The notes beneath the pieces were generated by a model. That model did no database searches, had not been told where the DNA came from, and saw only the letters and a program-made list of their open reading frames with translations. 64,000 nt of DNA. It comes from Utricularia gibba (taxonomy: Eukaryota; Plantae; Magnoliophyta). Location of the stretch: NCBI GenBank assembly GCA_002189035.1, contig NEEC01000017.1:1798001-1862000 (forward strand), in the 5' to 3' direction. The position numbers and the translations under genes were made by a program. Positions 14,057 through 27,886 of this stretch are shown piece after piece; within the stretch, counting starts at the first letter, position 1; the number at the start of each line of letters is the position of its first letter.

Positions 14057-17000
14057 TCAGGAAGTAGAAGAGGCGGAGAGGATGGATAGATCCTTGAGCT
14101 GCTGTGGGTCAACGTTGGATGGGGTTCGAGTTAGGGCGCATTGTGCCGTGGTGGTCTTTGGAAAGGCAATCATGTCTCGTATGGAGTTGGCCCCAGCCAG
14201 CAGCATGGCTAGCCGGTCCAAACCATATGCAATCCCACCTGCGAAAGAGAAGATTGCTGCTAGTATAGGGAGACTCGGCATAAAGGGTGAATTTGATCTG
14301 ATAGATGAAAATTATATTGTACCATGCGGAGGAGCTCCTGAGTCCAGTGCCTCCAAGAGATACCCAAATTTCTCCTCTGCCTTCAAAAAAAAAAAAAAAG
14401 GAAAATAGCAAGAAGTCATGGTGTTTAGAAAGGTTTCAGCTAACGAGATGTAAAAAATTATAGTGACCAGAAGTTTCACCTGCTCCCGAGAAATCCCAAC
14501 AATTTCAAGGACTTTTTCTTGCACTTCTCGTTTGTAAATTCTTAAGCTTCCTCCCCCTATCTGGAGAAAAAAAAAGGTAATTGTGTGTTTCTTGTTATTG
14601 TAGCTGCTAAAAAGTAGTAGCATTCATGTAACAGACCTCGACTCCATTATAAACCATATCATAAGCTAATGCACGAGCAGAAGAAAGGTCATTCATGTCA
14701 TCTGGATGAGGGGCTGTGAATGGATGATGTGACGCCTATGGGAAAAGAAAAAAGACTTTGATCATTACATGAGATATAAACGCGGCAGTCTTTATACTAG
14801 CGACCAGTGAATAACAAACCTCAAACCGCCCCTCCAAATCGTTCCACTCGAACATTGGGAAATCGGTCACCCACAGGATTGAGTGGCATGACTAGCAACC
14901 AGAGATGAGACAAAACTCAGGTAGGAAAATGGAAGAATAATGGTTTTTCTTGTGTAATCCTTACCGCATCGATGAAGCCCAATTCATGTGCAACATGAAG
15001 TCTCAGGCGGTCTAACGTCTTATTGACTGATGACTGGCTACCCAGTGCAAATAAGATAAGATCACCGGAAGTAGCTGATAGTCGTTTCAATAAATGGTCT
15101 TGTTCACTTGCGTTAAAACATGAAACGAGGGCAGGAATCCCTTCAAGGATACCTGCAGTTGGAGAATGCATCAACAAGTGCAAACAAAGGTTGCATTACT
15201 ATGTGTGATCAGCATAATAGAAAAATTACCATTATCTAGGACCTTTAAGAAGGGCAGACCCTTTGCTCCGGATTTAACAGCTTCATTGAAAACATCACCC
15301 TTTTTTAGAGCAGTATTCGAATAGTGTTTGGCTCCTGAAGGGACACACATTGCTTTAATTACACCCCCACTTGACAATGCATCTGCAAATACTTTGAAGG
15401 AGGTTTCTACAAAAAGATCAGACACCTGTTTCAAGACACAAAGTCCCATTAACTAGACCATAAAACATGATATACAGAACACAAAAAAAAGATGAGAAAA
15501 ATCACATCTTGTAATTCAAGGCCAAAGCGTGTATCTGGTCTGTCTGAACCATATCTTTTCATAGCTTCAGCATATGTGATTCTTCGGAATGGGTTCGGTA
15601 ATTCAACTCCTTTTATCTCAAGGAAAACCTGCAAAAATTCCGAACAAAGATCACCATTGGATGTGGGTGTTTCAGAATGACAATATGTTAGAACCAACAA
15701 ACTGACCTTTCTAATCAAGTCTTCATTGAGCTTTAGCATATCCTCCAAAGGTGTGAACGCCATTTCTATGTCAAGCTGGGTGAATTCTGGCTGCCTATCT
15801 GCTCTTAAATCTTCATCCCGAAAACATCTACAAAGCAATGTGCATACTAGAACCTATCACATCCATTGGAAATGTATAAAGTATTCAGAAGCAAAATTTA
15901 TTATTCTTAGAGTTGCACAATAATGAATGGTCACAGTTCAACTTTGGAAAAATAAAAGAAGCAATTGAAAATTTCATACCTTGCTACCTGATAGTACTTA
16001 TCAATCCCAGAAACCATTAGCATCTGCTTGAAGATCTGTGGGCTTTGAGGCAGAGCATAAAATGCACCAGGCTTGAAAATAAACAAAGCATTAGATGCAG
16101 GGACTATCTAGCGGGATGGGCATCAAAATATGTAATTTCTTTTGTTTAAATGCAAGAATATGGATGAAACCTGAGACAGTAACATCAAGAATATTTCAAC
16201 AAGAAGCATATGATCAACAAAAACAAGATCATAAGACTAGACCTATCTCTTATTAACCAACATGATTGGAGTATCAGATCATATATTTAAAACACAAGAA
16301 AAGAGTTATTCAAACTGTGAATAGAAGTACCTGAATTCTTGATGGGACTAAATAATCTCTTGCACCTTCTGGAGTGGATCTCGCTAATATTGGAGTCTCA
16401 ATCTACCTTGCAAGAATCAAAGGACAGAAAAGGTTGCAGTGAAGTTGATACTTGTGTACTGTGCGACAACATTTGTTGGAATTTCAAATTTGGTATAGTG
16501 AAATACATTAGACAGAGAGGGAATGATTGGATTATGCATTAGGCAAAAACCTCAATCTTCATTCCAATGTTTCATTTGACTGCAATTTTTCAAAATAATA
16601 TACTGAATAAATCATTAGAAAAAATGGGGGTAACTCTGGCATGCTTCCAAAAATATAGATCTCCCAAGGCTAATACCTCAACAAAGCCATGGACATCCTC
16701 TAGATATCTACGAACGAGCTTCACCATTCTGTGCCGCAACACTAAGTTGGAAATCATTTGAGTTCGTCGCAGGTCAAGGTATCGATGCCTGATATTCCAA
16801 TTCAGGAACTTTTGATAAGGTTGATCAGTCTAGAAATCATGCATCCGTAAATTAAAACATCTAAACCCCCAGAGTCCTCTGATCTTCTCAATATTTAGGA
16901 TTACAAAAATAACATATATAACAAAGTTACAGAAGTACCTCAGCCTGCTTTCCTCTTTGATAGAATCTTTTACATCTTCTGCCGTTGTAACCAAAAAAGG

Positions 17001-17826
17001 GAGCTTTATTTTCACTTCATTTAACACCTGGACATGCTCTGCCGCAATCTACATGCGCAAAGATGTATACTTTACGAAATGCCACAGTTGAAAAACATGC
17101 AAGTTATCAAGAGGGGCAAAAGCATGAAGTAGACATTTGATTATTAAATCATTGGCTAAACGCGGTCTCCATTTGCTCGGAACCGCATCTAAATTAGCCA
17201 CACATAAAAGGCGACACTTCGTAATAGCAAAAAATACTACACCATGTGAAGAACAAACCTCTATAAAGCCAGTGGCCATCTTTTTATTGATAGATTCAGG
17301 TGGCCGAGCCCGAACCACACCTTCGACCGCCACAACATATTCAAGCCTCAATCCATTCACAACAGAATGAGCATCCGGAAATTCCTCTGGAAGTGTAGCA
17401 ATCTAAGGCGATGAAGCAGAATTATCGAAAGTCCAGTGATCAAACATTCATTAGAAATTGGCGAACCTGAACCATTCCGGTATGGTCCCGGAGTGTAAAA
17501 AAAGTAAGACCACCGTGAATCCGATGCAGCGCCACCCACCCACAAAGGCGAATCCGTTTTCCGACGTCCGATGTCGACAACTCTCCGCAGAAACCAGTGC
17601 GACTAACCCATTCAAGAGCGTTCAGCCGAGTCTCTGATGAAGCAAGAGACAGATTGGGAGTTGCAACACGCAGCACATCCGAGGACGAAGCCGAGGAGGC
17701 ACTGACGGCCGAAAAGACACGCCTATGTTGTGTGGAATGAAGCAATTTGGCGAGAAGAGGAGGTGACCAGGCCGTAACTTTGGAGCGGAGCACAGTCGCA
17801 GGAAATGACCGGAAGACTACGGCCAT
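14057..17826 (-). CDS. Aspartate-tRNA ligase, bacterial-type, chloroplast/mitochondrial, multi-exon
   Basis: Ser/Arg-rich transit peptide, then [96 protein letters not shown] and [15 protein letters not shown]. Introns are GT-AG. Confidence 0.95.
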
Positions 17827-17882
17827 GGCGGAGACGACGCGCAGCAGAGCTGAAACTCGGCTTTATCCTGAACCAAGGATCG

Positions 17883-18001
17883 GGCCCAACGCAACCCGTT
17901 TACTGTGGAGTAAACGAGCCTACCCAGCCCATAAGCCCGACCAGGTTGGATCCAAAAGGCCCATAGCCTGTGATCCAATGACCCGTCTAGTAAACGGCCC
18001 A
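17883..18001. promoter_or_regulatory. Site II element cluster (GGCCCA/AGCCCA x4) in the AspRS promoter
   Basis: Motifs at 17883, 17926, 17958 and 17996, 60-175 nt upstream of the ATG. Site II elements are known TCP-bound motifs of translation and organellar genes. Confidence 0.6.
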
Positions 18002-18540
18002 ACATCATGGTTTAAAACCCTAATTACGGTAACTGACTCTTAATTTTCACTCATTCTTGAAGAGCAAGGAAAAAGGATGCATCCAGCCATCAGGCATCAC
18101 TTGCAGTTGTATCCACCTTGTCAAGCATCTCCATGCTTATGCCCCTGATCATCGCCGGAAAATAAACCTCACGAAACCGATACACCGGAATCAACATCGG
18201 ATCACCGTGTTAAAATTAAGAACATGCATCAGAAGGTCACACACAGGCTGCAACCCCTGGTTGTAGATGGCCTTGGAATAAGAACTAGGCAGCATTAACC
18301 AACATCTAGTGCATATATACACACAGGCACTTTTGGCTTATCCAGAAGATTACAGGAAATCTAAGTGAGAAGGAACAAGTGTACTGCTAATCTAGTGGAT
18401 GCCTTGGGGAGCACAGATACCTGATGGGCAGTGAAGATTCAAAAAGGGGGTGGTAGTCATCTTCTAGTCCTTTTGTTTGTTACCCTACTTCTTGCTTGAA
18501 GTTGAGAGGTTGTGTATGGAGTTAGTGCCTAATAATCCAA

Positions 18541-21315
18541 CTATGTTGCAGAAGCTGATCCGTTACACTGTAAAAGATGTGTTCTCAGGCTACCATCTTG
18601 AACCTGTTGGGATTTGAAATTCATTTGTTCAGAATGCAGAATAGTTGAAATAGATTCAGATCACGCTAGAAGGAGGAGGAGCTCCACCTGCATGCCGGCT
18701 AACAATGAAAGCAAATCTGTGCATTGCTCGAGTGAAGCACGTTCCTGGATGGTAAGCTTAGCAAGCTCAGTAACTAAAGAGTTCACCTCTTCAACCTGAA
18801 AAAGTGCCATTTCATGAGAATATCTGCATTCAAGGAGCAAAAAATACCTCCAGACAACACATCAATGAGAGCCATAATCTTAAAGTGATGTAAAGAAAAT
18901 GGTAAACTGCGGATGATTACATAGTGGGTATTACCGTTGGCAAAAGGGAGCAAATTGAAGATGTAGTGGCCTTCATGACGTCAACAGCTGAACCAATGGC
19001 ATTCTTCAAGCTTTGGATATCAGCCTGTGGTCAAAATGATTGCAGGATATGTTTAAGTGAGAGGAAGATGGCTGCGTTAGTAGTGAAAAGCAGACGCAGA
19101 AACATACCGATGCACCTGCAATCACAGGAAGACGAAGAGTGCTGGCCTTTAAAGCTTCTATAGCTCCAATCAAAGATACCAGTTGATCCTTCTCCATATA
19201 AGCCCAATCTTCTAGAAGCGACATCTACAGCAATAATACAGATGAACTTTAAAATGCACAGTTCTCATATAGATCACCTTTGGTATATCTTGCAAAGCTA
19301 CGAACATTTGGCAATGAAGAGAAAGAAGCCAACTCAACAGCTTAGTTTTGAACTCAAAAGATAAGATGAGAATTCACCTCTTGTTTCAAAATTGATGCTA
19401 GTTTCAACTTTTGCCTCACCAGATGCAGCTTGTACCTTTTTTTGGTGACCGCATCACGCAAATCCGAAACAGTAATCCATGCATTCCATAAATTTTTCTG
19501 GAATGCAACGAAATACTTCAACAAATGCATAGAATAAAAAATGGCTAAACATGAAATCTGGCAGCAAGGCAGCATTTTTTTCACAAGTGAACCAGTAAAC
19601 AGCAGGCAGAGCATTGAGCCGCAGGAAGGTGAGCAAAAAATTAGCAATAGGATATCATAGATTAATGTGGTCCATTTAGAGTAAGAAAAAAATACAGCTA
19701 TCATATAGAACCATAATCCTATGACAATGTTGCCATATAGTGTCCTAGCCGTGTCCCGGACTTGACTCTCAGACCAAAATAGTCTTGAAATCCATAAGCA
19801 TGCTAGTTTAAATAAAATATGGCAGATGTAGACAAGCCTGAGAAATAATAAGAGAAAAGGTAAAGATGCTTCACCTCAGCACTGTGCTTCTGCACCAGTA
19901 AGACTGACTCAGTTGTTGCATTTATGAAGCGCCATTGCAGGTGATGGTTATACATTAGTCTCAGCATATGTGCATCAACAATTCGATTCTCCCCGACTTT
20001 ACCCCTTCTAACATCAACAGCAAAACTGAGCACTGAAGGTGTTTCAACAAAATTGTTACATATAGTGCTGACAGCATTTCTTATCCGTGCAGGACTATAG
20101 CCCCGGGAGGGAGATGATGCAGCTGCTACTGGGCCTTACTAGGAGATGCAGCTCTATTAACTGCACGAACAGGAGACAGCATGGCTCGTGGGGATGACAC
20201 TGTACCGTCAATTGAAAACCTTTTCAGTTTTCCAGGAGCAGCCATCCTCCATCCCGGACTAGATGATAGAGGTGAACCAGGATCCTGAAGCCTCCTCATC
20301 CGGCTATTTGTCTCCTGCCAAAACCTGGCGGAGACAGCAATCCCACGAGGGCCATTCAGTCCATTTGAAGTTCTACCAGATTCATGAATTCCAGTCGTAC
20401 TTCCTGATGAAACACTATCCGAATCGGATGCATTGTAATCACAACGCACGGATAACCCATCGGTGACTGAAGTTCTGTCAGGTCTTGGTGGAAACTCCCT
20501 CAAATGCACAGAGGAATCCAAATCAAGACTCAAGCTACCATCAAAAGAAGAGCTTCTCTCGTCGATCATTGACCTCTGCAAATCTCGGATTGCATCCCCT
20601 GAGCCAAGAATCTTAAAGCTATCATTCTTGTCATTGTTAACGGTTTTCAACAATGGATTAACCAACCGATCCCTAGCAGGCCACCTATGATGATCAGCAA
20701 GTTTAAGATTTTCAAGCTGCTCACCCCCTCCATCCAACTTACCTCTCGAGGGGGTGCTCGTTCTCCGCCTCTCCGGAGTCCCTTTCCTCGCAGTACTAAA
20801 ATTCTGTGTAGATGGAGCAACTTTAGTCTTGCTGATAGGCAATGAAAAGGCTTCTCCCTGGAAAGAAACAGACAAACTCCTGGAAGATGTAACCAAGAGC
20901 TTCGTCGCAGCTGAAACCTCAGGAGAAACACTACTTTTATAATCAAGATAAGGAGTCAATGGCCTTGAAGTCGCAGGCCTGCGGCGGTCAACTGAAACCG
21001 ATCTCTTAGAAGGAGGAGAAGCCGCGGAGGTCAGCGTTGTTGAGCTTCTAGAGATCAAGGGAGAAGGGAACCTTCTAGATGAAGACGTAGAGGAAGAAGC
21101 CGAGGATGAATTTGAAGTAGATGTAGAAGAGGAAGGAGACATGTATCTAGAAGAAACAACTCGCGATTTAGGTTTCCTCTGATTATTCGCAACCCCATTA
21201 CTGTTATCCTTCTCCGACGGCAACAATGGCGGCCGCCTAGAAATCTCATCTTGCGGGGCTACACTTTTGGGGTTCTGCGACCCCGCCCCGCGCCGGAAAC
21301 ATCAACCACCATCAT
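18541..21315 (-). CDS. QWRF: QWRF-motif / AUG8-family microtubule-associated protein (SCO3/QWRF1-QWRF2-like); two apparent 1-nt deletions (~21281-21289, ~20131-20133)
   Basis: MMVVDVSG...RPPLLPSEKDN, RVVSSRYMSP, TSSRSLSVSFQGEAFSLPISK, ARFWQETNSRMRRLQDPGSP, HMLRLMYNHHLQWRF, AIEALKASTLRLPV, and a last exon VQDGSLRTHLLQCNGSASAT*. Confidence 0.92.
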
Positions 21316-23702
21316 CTAAAACCAATCCACCCCCAAAACCCGATACTTCACCTCTCACATTGTATTCCCAAACACCCACATAAACCAAAATCCGTAATCA
21401 GCACCAGAAACCCACACTAAAGATCACGAATTTGCTCAAAAACTCACTAGATCCCACATTCCCGTCAAGATTTCTCACCACAAGCCCACAGCTTCTCAAA
21501 CCCAATAAAGCAAGAACTAGATACTTAAAGATGAGCAGAACCCAATACACTTTCCAGCAAGAAGTATCAGAGAAGGAGAGAGTTTTTGCCTTGTGGGGCG
21601 GGGGATCTGGGGGAGTCTTTGGAGAGACGTTACGCTTACACTTCATAAGTCTCCTCATGATCATTAATTAGCTTAAATAATCATCATTAAAACGCGATCA
21701 TCACTCCATTTCAGTTGACCTTTTTTTTTACTTTTAATAATTAATGAAAAAAACTGTATTTAATTCTGTTCATTTGCTCATTCATCCCACAACCTCCCCA
21801 ACTCCCATTTCAACTCCATTCCCACTTGCCCCACAACACCAAAAAAAAATGTAAAATACCCCTTCAGTTCCATGTACTTTGGAGGTATTAAAAGTATACA
21901 AGATTTGTAAAAAACAAAAAAAAAAATCAAATCCTTTATATGATGTCATGATTTGTTATTATGGTATAATATATGTTCATTTTATCATTCTCTTATAAAA
22001 TATTACTATATTTGATTGATCAATGTATATGTAATTTGATAAAAATCATTTTAATGTGATCCCATTTGTTATTTACCAAACAAACAAGTAATAAAAAAGT
22101 AACTCTCATCCTATTCTATAGATTAATCCCTAATAACACTATGTTTATTGTTAATTTCAAACATCAAATTTTTACAATTTTATATTTTTCTCTTTCAAAA
22201 AGAAATTCATAAAAAATTATAAAATAATACTTTATATAAATTGTTTCTGAATCATATACATAACTGGTGTAAGATTTAACTAATACACTTACACCGTTTT
22301 CTTGGATTGGAATGTAAAATTAGAATGAGGTCATTTATCTATCATATGAAATGGATATTTTATTAAAGTACTCACTATCATACTCTATCTTACACATTAA
22401 GTCTATTTTTTTTCAATATAAGATGGGTATTTTTATCACATAGTTAAATTATAGTAGGTAATTTTCTAAATTAATTCCCTATGAAATAGTATATTTTTTA
22501 AAAATGAAAATTTAAACATAGTATTTGTAAAACTTATCTATTAACATATATTTACTTATGATGATAAAATATTTATTTACTTAAATATAAATAATTCAAA
22601 TAAAACACGAATTAAATTATCTTACCAAACACCTTATGGGTTCTACCTAGTAATTAATCAGTTAATGGATTAAAACAAATGTATTGTTAACGGCAAAAAT
22701 AATACGACAGCGATTAACGCACGCAATCGAAATTATTTTAGGGTTTTGGTGAGTATGGAGATTATTTCCTGAATTAGATGACTTAACCCATGGTTATGAG
22801 GTGGATTAGTATATTAAAAAGCGTGTAATTGCAGTTAAGAGTTTAGTGTGGTGTTGGTTAGGCCGGCCCACCTAATAAATGCCATTACCAACCCAAACCT
22901 AAAACCGGGTACTAAGTTACCAACGTGCTAATCCCAAATAATGTGTATATTATAACTAGGTTACACCAAAATGCCTGCAAGGTGCGAGATTTGGGGTGCA
23001 TTAGTGAGTGATTTTAAAATATAAACTATTATATCAATATCACAAACCAAGTTAACGAACATACTCAAATAATACAAGTTTTGAGTCTAGATACATATAG
23101 GTACTTAATTTTAGATCCATAAATTAATTTATGATATGTATTTATTTAAAATACCAAAATTAGTGTATTATTTCAAATTTAGGTCCGTCAATTAATTATT
23201 TCATTATTTTGCCAGTAAATTTATGATTTAAGAAGTATTCTTGAAAATTTTTAAAATCTATTTATATTTTTCAGAAGTAAACATAGTTTTATTGTAAAAC
23301 AATTTTAATTGTAAAAATAATTTTATCAAAAATAATTTTAAAATTATAATTATAAAAATTATTTTTAAAAAATAAAAAAGTAATTACTTTTATTTTTTAT
23401 TTATATTTTTCAAAAATAATTTTAAAAAATAAAAATAATTTTCAAGATCACTATTTAAATATTGTATTCAAGACAGAGACAGACAGTTGCAAGATTAATG
23501 CACACCTAAGTAACTCTTCCTTCTCTTTAGAGGTTCAAAGCATGAAAACAAGAACTATGAAAAAGGAGTAACCAGGGCCGACAAGAATTCATGTGTCTGA
23601 ATCAGAATAAGGTTGAAGGAAGGATGGGGGGGAGCATCTTCCATGGAACAAAACAGCAGGAAAAATGATGCAAAACAGGGATGGTGAGACGGACGACGTC
23701 GT

Positions 23703-25466
23703 TTACTCGTCATCTTCCTCCTCGTCGTCATCGTCGTCATTCCCAGCAGCAGCATTCAGAGCATTCAGCCTCTCGATCAGCTTGGCCTTCCTCTCCTCGT
23801 ATGTGAGCTTCTTGAGGTTGTATCTGCGGGGGCATTTGAACGTGTTGTTACAGTCACAGATTTAAAGGCGACAGTGATGGGGGTGCCCCATTGTGTTCAT
23901 ATCGGCCGTACCTCTTGTGCTGATCAGGTTCAGGCTTTTCAGACGACTTCGATGAGGGATCAGCGCGGATTGCAGCGTGCACGCTCTTGTACATCTCTTC
24001 GATGTTATCGGGATCCAGACCTTTTTTGATGTAATGACTGAAGTGAGACTGGTATTTCTCTGGTTCGTCTTCCATCAAAGTCTTCCATTGATAAGAGGAA
24101 ACGGTTAGAAAGCTTGAAAACATGCGCATCTCAACTGAAATGTTGATGATAATGTGGGAAAAAGGAAACCAAGAAACCATACTTTCATGTAGGAAGCGAC
24201 GTGCCCGCCAAATATGTATTTGCGGTGGACTTCAGCATCGAGCTGTTTGCCATCCTTGCTGAAACCAGCAAACCTCTTGTCACTGTGTGGGATATCAATT
24301 CCAGCATCCAAAGCACCCTGTGTAGCACAATACCTTAATGTTTTTCACTCATTACATACACGACAAAACGAAATGGATCTACGAGGAATTGGATTTACGC
24401 AGAAGATGGTGAAAAGAAAGTACCTTGAGTGCTCCAAAAACACGGTTACCCGTTGTGGTTCTCACGAGACCAACATCAAGGAGTGCACGGAACGGCCTAC
24501 GACTTTCTGCTGGTTCAACAGTGTAATCCTCACCCGTTGCCTGAATAATATTTTATAAACATGAAGAGGGCTGGCTATAAAGAAACGACACATTCTGGAA
24601 ACATTATGCACTGGAACATCTGGACAGGGAAAGTAAAAAAGAATTACCTCAGCATTGCCTTCATATTCCTCATCCAACTCAAGCTTCTTCAACACTCGTC
24701 TTCCCAACAATAGGCCAGTACAATAAGCTGGAGATACACAGAAGACGGTCAATTGGCAAGGGTAAAAAATCAAAAGCTTGATGGCTTAATGATGTACTTG
24801 CCTGCGGCGTAATTGGTTAGACCAACTTCAAGTCCATAGCGAGGAAGCTCATGTGAATAAGCAGCAGCAAGGATGCGGTCACCAGCAATGGTAGCCGAAA
24901 TGATTTGCGCAATCACATCCTTGTTGGTCTAAATCAAAACGTTACAAGTCTCAAAAAACGTATACAACCAGAATCTCAACAAGAAAACGTGGCAACTCAA
25001 TGAAGATTGGAACCCCAGAAAACACCGACGATTTGACTTCTCACAGCTCAAACAGCAAACTCGCAAACATAACCAGAAAAAAATAATCCATTTTGTAGCC
25101 AGAAGAACAATAACGAAAATGAGACGAAACTTACGAATCGCACGACAAATCGATACTTCGGAGTGTTGTACTTGTTCTTATCCTGATTAATCAGCCGAAT
25201 CCTCGCCCTATAGTCAGTCTTTCCCTCTGAAACACGATGAATCGGTAAATGCCAAATCCCTTTCCCATAAAAAAACAGAAACAAACACTGAACATACGTC
25301 TCCTTCTCTTGAATTTAACTTGAAAACGCTTGAAGTAGGCCCTTGTCTTCAGTGCCTTCACGAACGGCTGCAGTTAAACAACAATCACATGTTTAACCAA
25401 GATGCCTCAAACAAATTCATACATCAGCCATCACAGATATGCAGAGATCGTCGCCACACTCACCAT
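23703..25466 (-). CDS. RPL5: 60S ribosomal protein L5 (uL18); first coding exon is the ATG alone (25466-25464); contains a GC-AG intron (24801-24728)
   Basis: [87 protein letters not shown], and an acidic C-terminus ending at TAA 23705-23703. Confidence 0.97.
24728..24801 (-). other. GC-AG intron in RPL5
   Basis: Donor CAG|GCAAGT and acceptor TCTCCAG|CT restore NYAAAYCTG. Confidence 0.85.
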
Positions 25467-25547
25467 CTCTCCACAACCGCGGCTCAAGGAATGAGTAGAA
25501 GGAGCGGCGTACAGCATAGAGAGAGGGGGTTTAAAGAGTGGAGGCGA

Positions 25548-25616
25548 TTAGGGTTGTTGTTGCCATTGGGCTAGGCCCAACGAGTTGAGCAGAAGTTCCC
25601 AGAAGTGGGCTGGGCC
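25548..25616 (-). promoter_or_regulatory. Telo-box-like (AACCCTAA) plus site II elements of the RPL5 promoter
   Basis: TTAGGGTT at 25548-25555 and TGGGCT/AGGCCCA/TGGGCC at 25567-25616. This combination is typical of plant ribosomal protein promoters. Confidence 0.65.
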
Positions 25617-25932
25617 TTTCCGGGTCGGATCCAGGGTTAAAGATCAACCCATCCGGAACGACTTTTTTTCTTTGGTTAAAAACAATTTAATTTTAAATTG
25701 ATTTTAAATAAATTTAAACTCATTATACTCAATTTATTAAAATGAAAAATACATATTTTATGTTAAATTTACTATCTACGTTTATTTTAATATACTTAAA
25801 TTTAAAATTGTAAAAAATATAATTAAAACATCAAAAAACAAACAAACAAACATACCCTAAAAATCAAACTCGGAAACCCTAATATTTTTATTCATGGCCT
25901 TCTATACCAGAGGGCAACCCCTTCCACAGAGT

Positions 25933-27303
25933 TCAATATCTCCGCCGCGCCGTGAGCTCCATCGTGAGCGACACGCAAAATAGGACGGCGAGCGCCGCCC
26001 CGAAGCCGACATTCCATGCCACACCGGCGGGGCCCAAATGGATGCCATAGAACACGTTGGCAACGCCTAGAATGATCACACTTCTTCCAGCATTGAAATG
26101 GTACCAGTTCCAGTACTTTCTAACTTTCGAGGACTTCGCCGGACGAATAAACACGGCGGTTGCCTGAAATACGTCCGATGGTTTTATATGAGAACAATAC
26201 GTTTCCAGATTGAAAAAATTCAGTGACCTGGAGGCAGCCGAGGACGAAGATGACGATTCCGATGGCCTTGTGAGCATCAACCTCGGCTTCGTTTTGCTGT
26301 TGGAGAACAAATCCGGTGACTACTCCGGCGACCCCCAAGGAGAAGCCCGCCAGTTGCATCGCCACATGAGTGTTGAACCATAGTGGGTCCCATTTTTTCA
26401 TATACCGGGCCGCCATTGCACCCAATGGCAAGAGAATGGCCCAGCCCAACATTGCGGTCAGCCCATGGGCTTTTAGGAGTACCTCCGAACTCCCCGTCAC
26501 GGATTGTTGTTGACCTGAACAGGATGTGAATTTACGAAAATACCCGGTTCGGAAAAAATATATATATATATAAATAACCAATTTATATAAGTGCGTTGAC
26601 CAACGGAAGCTTTTTGTGAAGTCAACTTTGATAGCTTTGGTGCAAAAATGGACACGTGGCAAATTGTTTTCCGTACCGGTGCTAAGGTTCAGGTTTGTAG
26701 ATGAGAAACCGGTGTGCTCCACCAACCTGTAGCTCGGGCTACTTGGGATGGCTCCGGCCGGGCCGACGGCGTAGATGAGATATGGCGTGGGCTGGCCGGT
26801 AAACTGAAAAGCCATGTAAAGCTGATTCGAGTTTGAGACAAGAGATGAATTCGAGATAGCGATGCTGCCGGAGCTGTCCGATACAACGGTGACGGAGCTC
26901 GGCGACGTCCCGCCTAGATAATATCTTCTGACCGTGCCCGTCCCGTCGGCCGAGACCCATCCCACCACCGAATCGGCACCCACCATTTTCCCGTTGGGTG
27001 AGAACCCGATGGCGATGTATGCATTGTTGTCCGGCGCCGACAGGATGAATCTCCATACATTTGTTGAAACTTCCTGGTACTGCAATCACACAACCAGTCA
27101 AAAATTTGATATTCTTTCCACAAATCTTTGAACCCTTACTCTGAGAAGAAAGCCCCTCGGTCGCGAAACGGATAAGCAACGGAGACCGGAGGCGTTGACG
27201 GCGAACGGAAGCTGGATATTCAGAGGTGAACTGCAAGCATCCTGAGAATCCCCACCGAAAGAATCACAGAGAAGAAGAGGAAGAAAACACTGAATTTCTT
27301 CAT
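25933..27303 (-). CDS. Cytochrome b561 and DOMON domain protein (At3g07570-like); exons 27303-27140, 27079-26677, 26514-26228, 26163-25933; apparent 1-nt deletion at ~27250
   Basis: Signal peptide MKKFSVFFLFFSVILSV, DOMON region (FILSAPDNNAYIAIGFSPNGKMVGADSVVGW) and b561 heme His motifs (KAHGLTAMLGWAILLPLG, WFNTHV, HKAIG, YWNWYH). Adding one G to the GGGG run restores exon 1. Confidence 0.92.
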
Positions 27304-27886
27304 TTCTCCCAAGAATTCAATCCCCCTTCTTTCATAAACCCTCTTTCTGGTGATACTTCCAACAATACACACATCACATATATACATACAGAGAGGGAGA
27401 GATAGACAAAAACAACTGATAAGCTCGAAGAGTAGGCAGTATCTGGTCAGACTTTAGAGACTCTGTTCTGATATGGATGGATAGATACACCTGGTTGGGG
27501 CGCGGCTGTATCTATCTATCAATGCGCTTTTTCTTGAAAGCTGTGGGACCCATCGACAAATGGGCCCCTACCAACCGCGCGTCGTGGATGACACAAGCCT
27601 AGATCTTTAAGTATTCATTTATGTTTTAATGACGCTATTAAGAAGCTTTGATAATTAATTAATTAACCAGTTTTAATAGACTATGTTTCTTATTAGAAAG
27701 GGTAATATTTTTTATTTATTTTAAAATAAAAATAAACTATATTTAATAACAAATTTAATTTTCAAATATTTTTTAGAAACAAAATAAATAGTAAAATTAC
27801 TAAACTACGCTAAGCAATCAAATTCTTTTTCTTTTTCTTTTTTTTATCAGCACATTATATTACATCTAACATGGAAGAGACAGAAC

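Noticed and set aside
22955-22990. Helitron-like 3' end on the minus strand (imperfect GC hairpin + CTAG-T)
   Set aside because: The hairpin is poorly paired, and no 5' TC end or second copy can be identified.
25690-25860. PIF/Harbinger MITE-like terminus (AAACATACCC-TAA); similar fragments near 22625 and 60186-60390
   Set aside because: No matching opposite TIR or TSD could be established in this extremely AT-rich sequence.
27531-27548. miR396-like sequence (TTCTTGAAAGCTGTGGGA)
   Set aside because: Three mismatches to the miR396 complement, no partner arm for a hairpin, and it lies in a promoter region.
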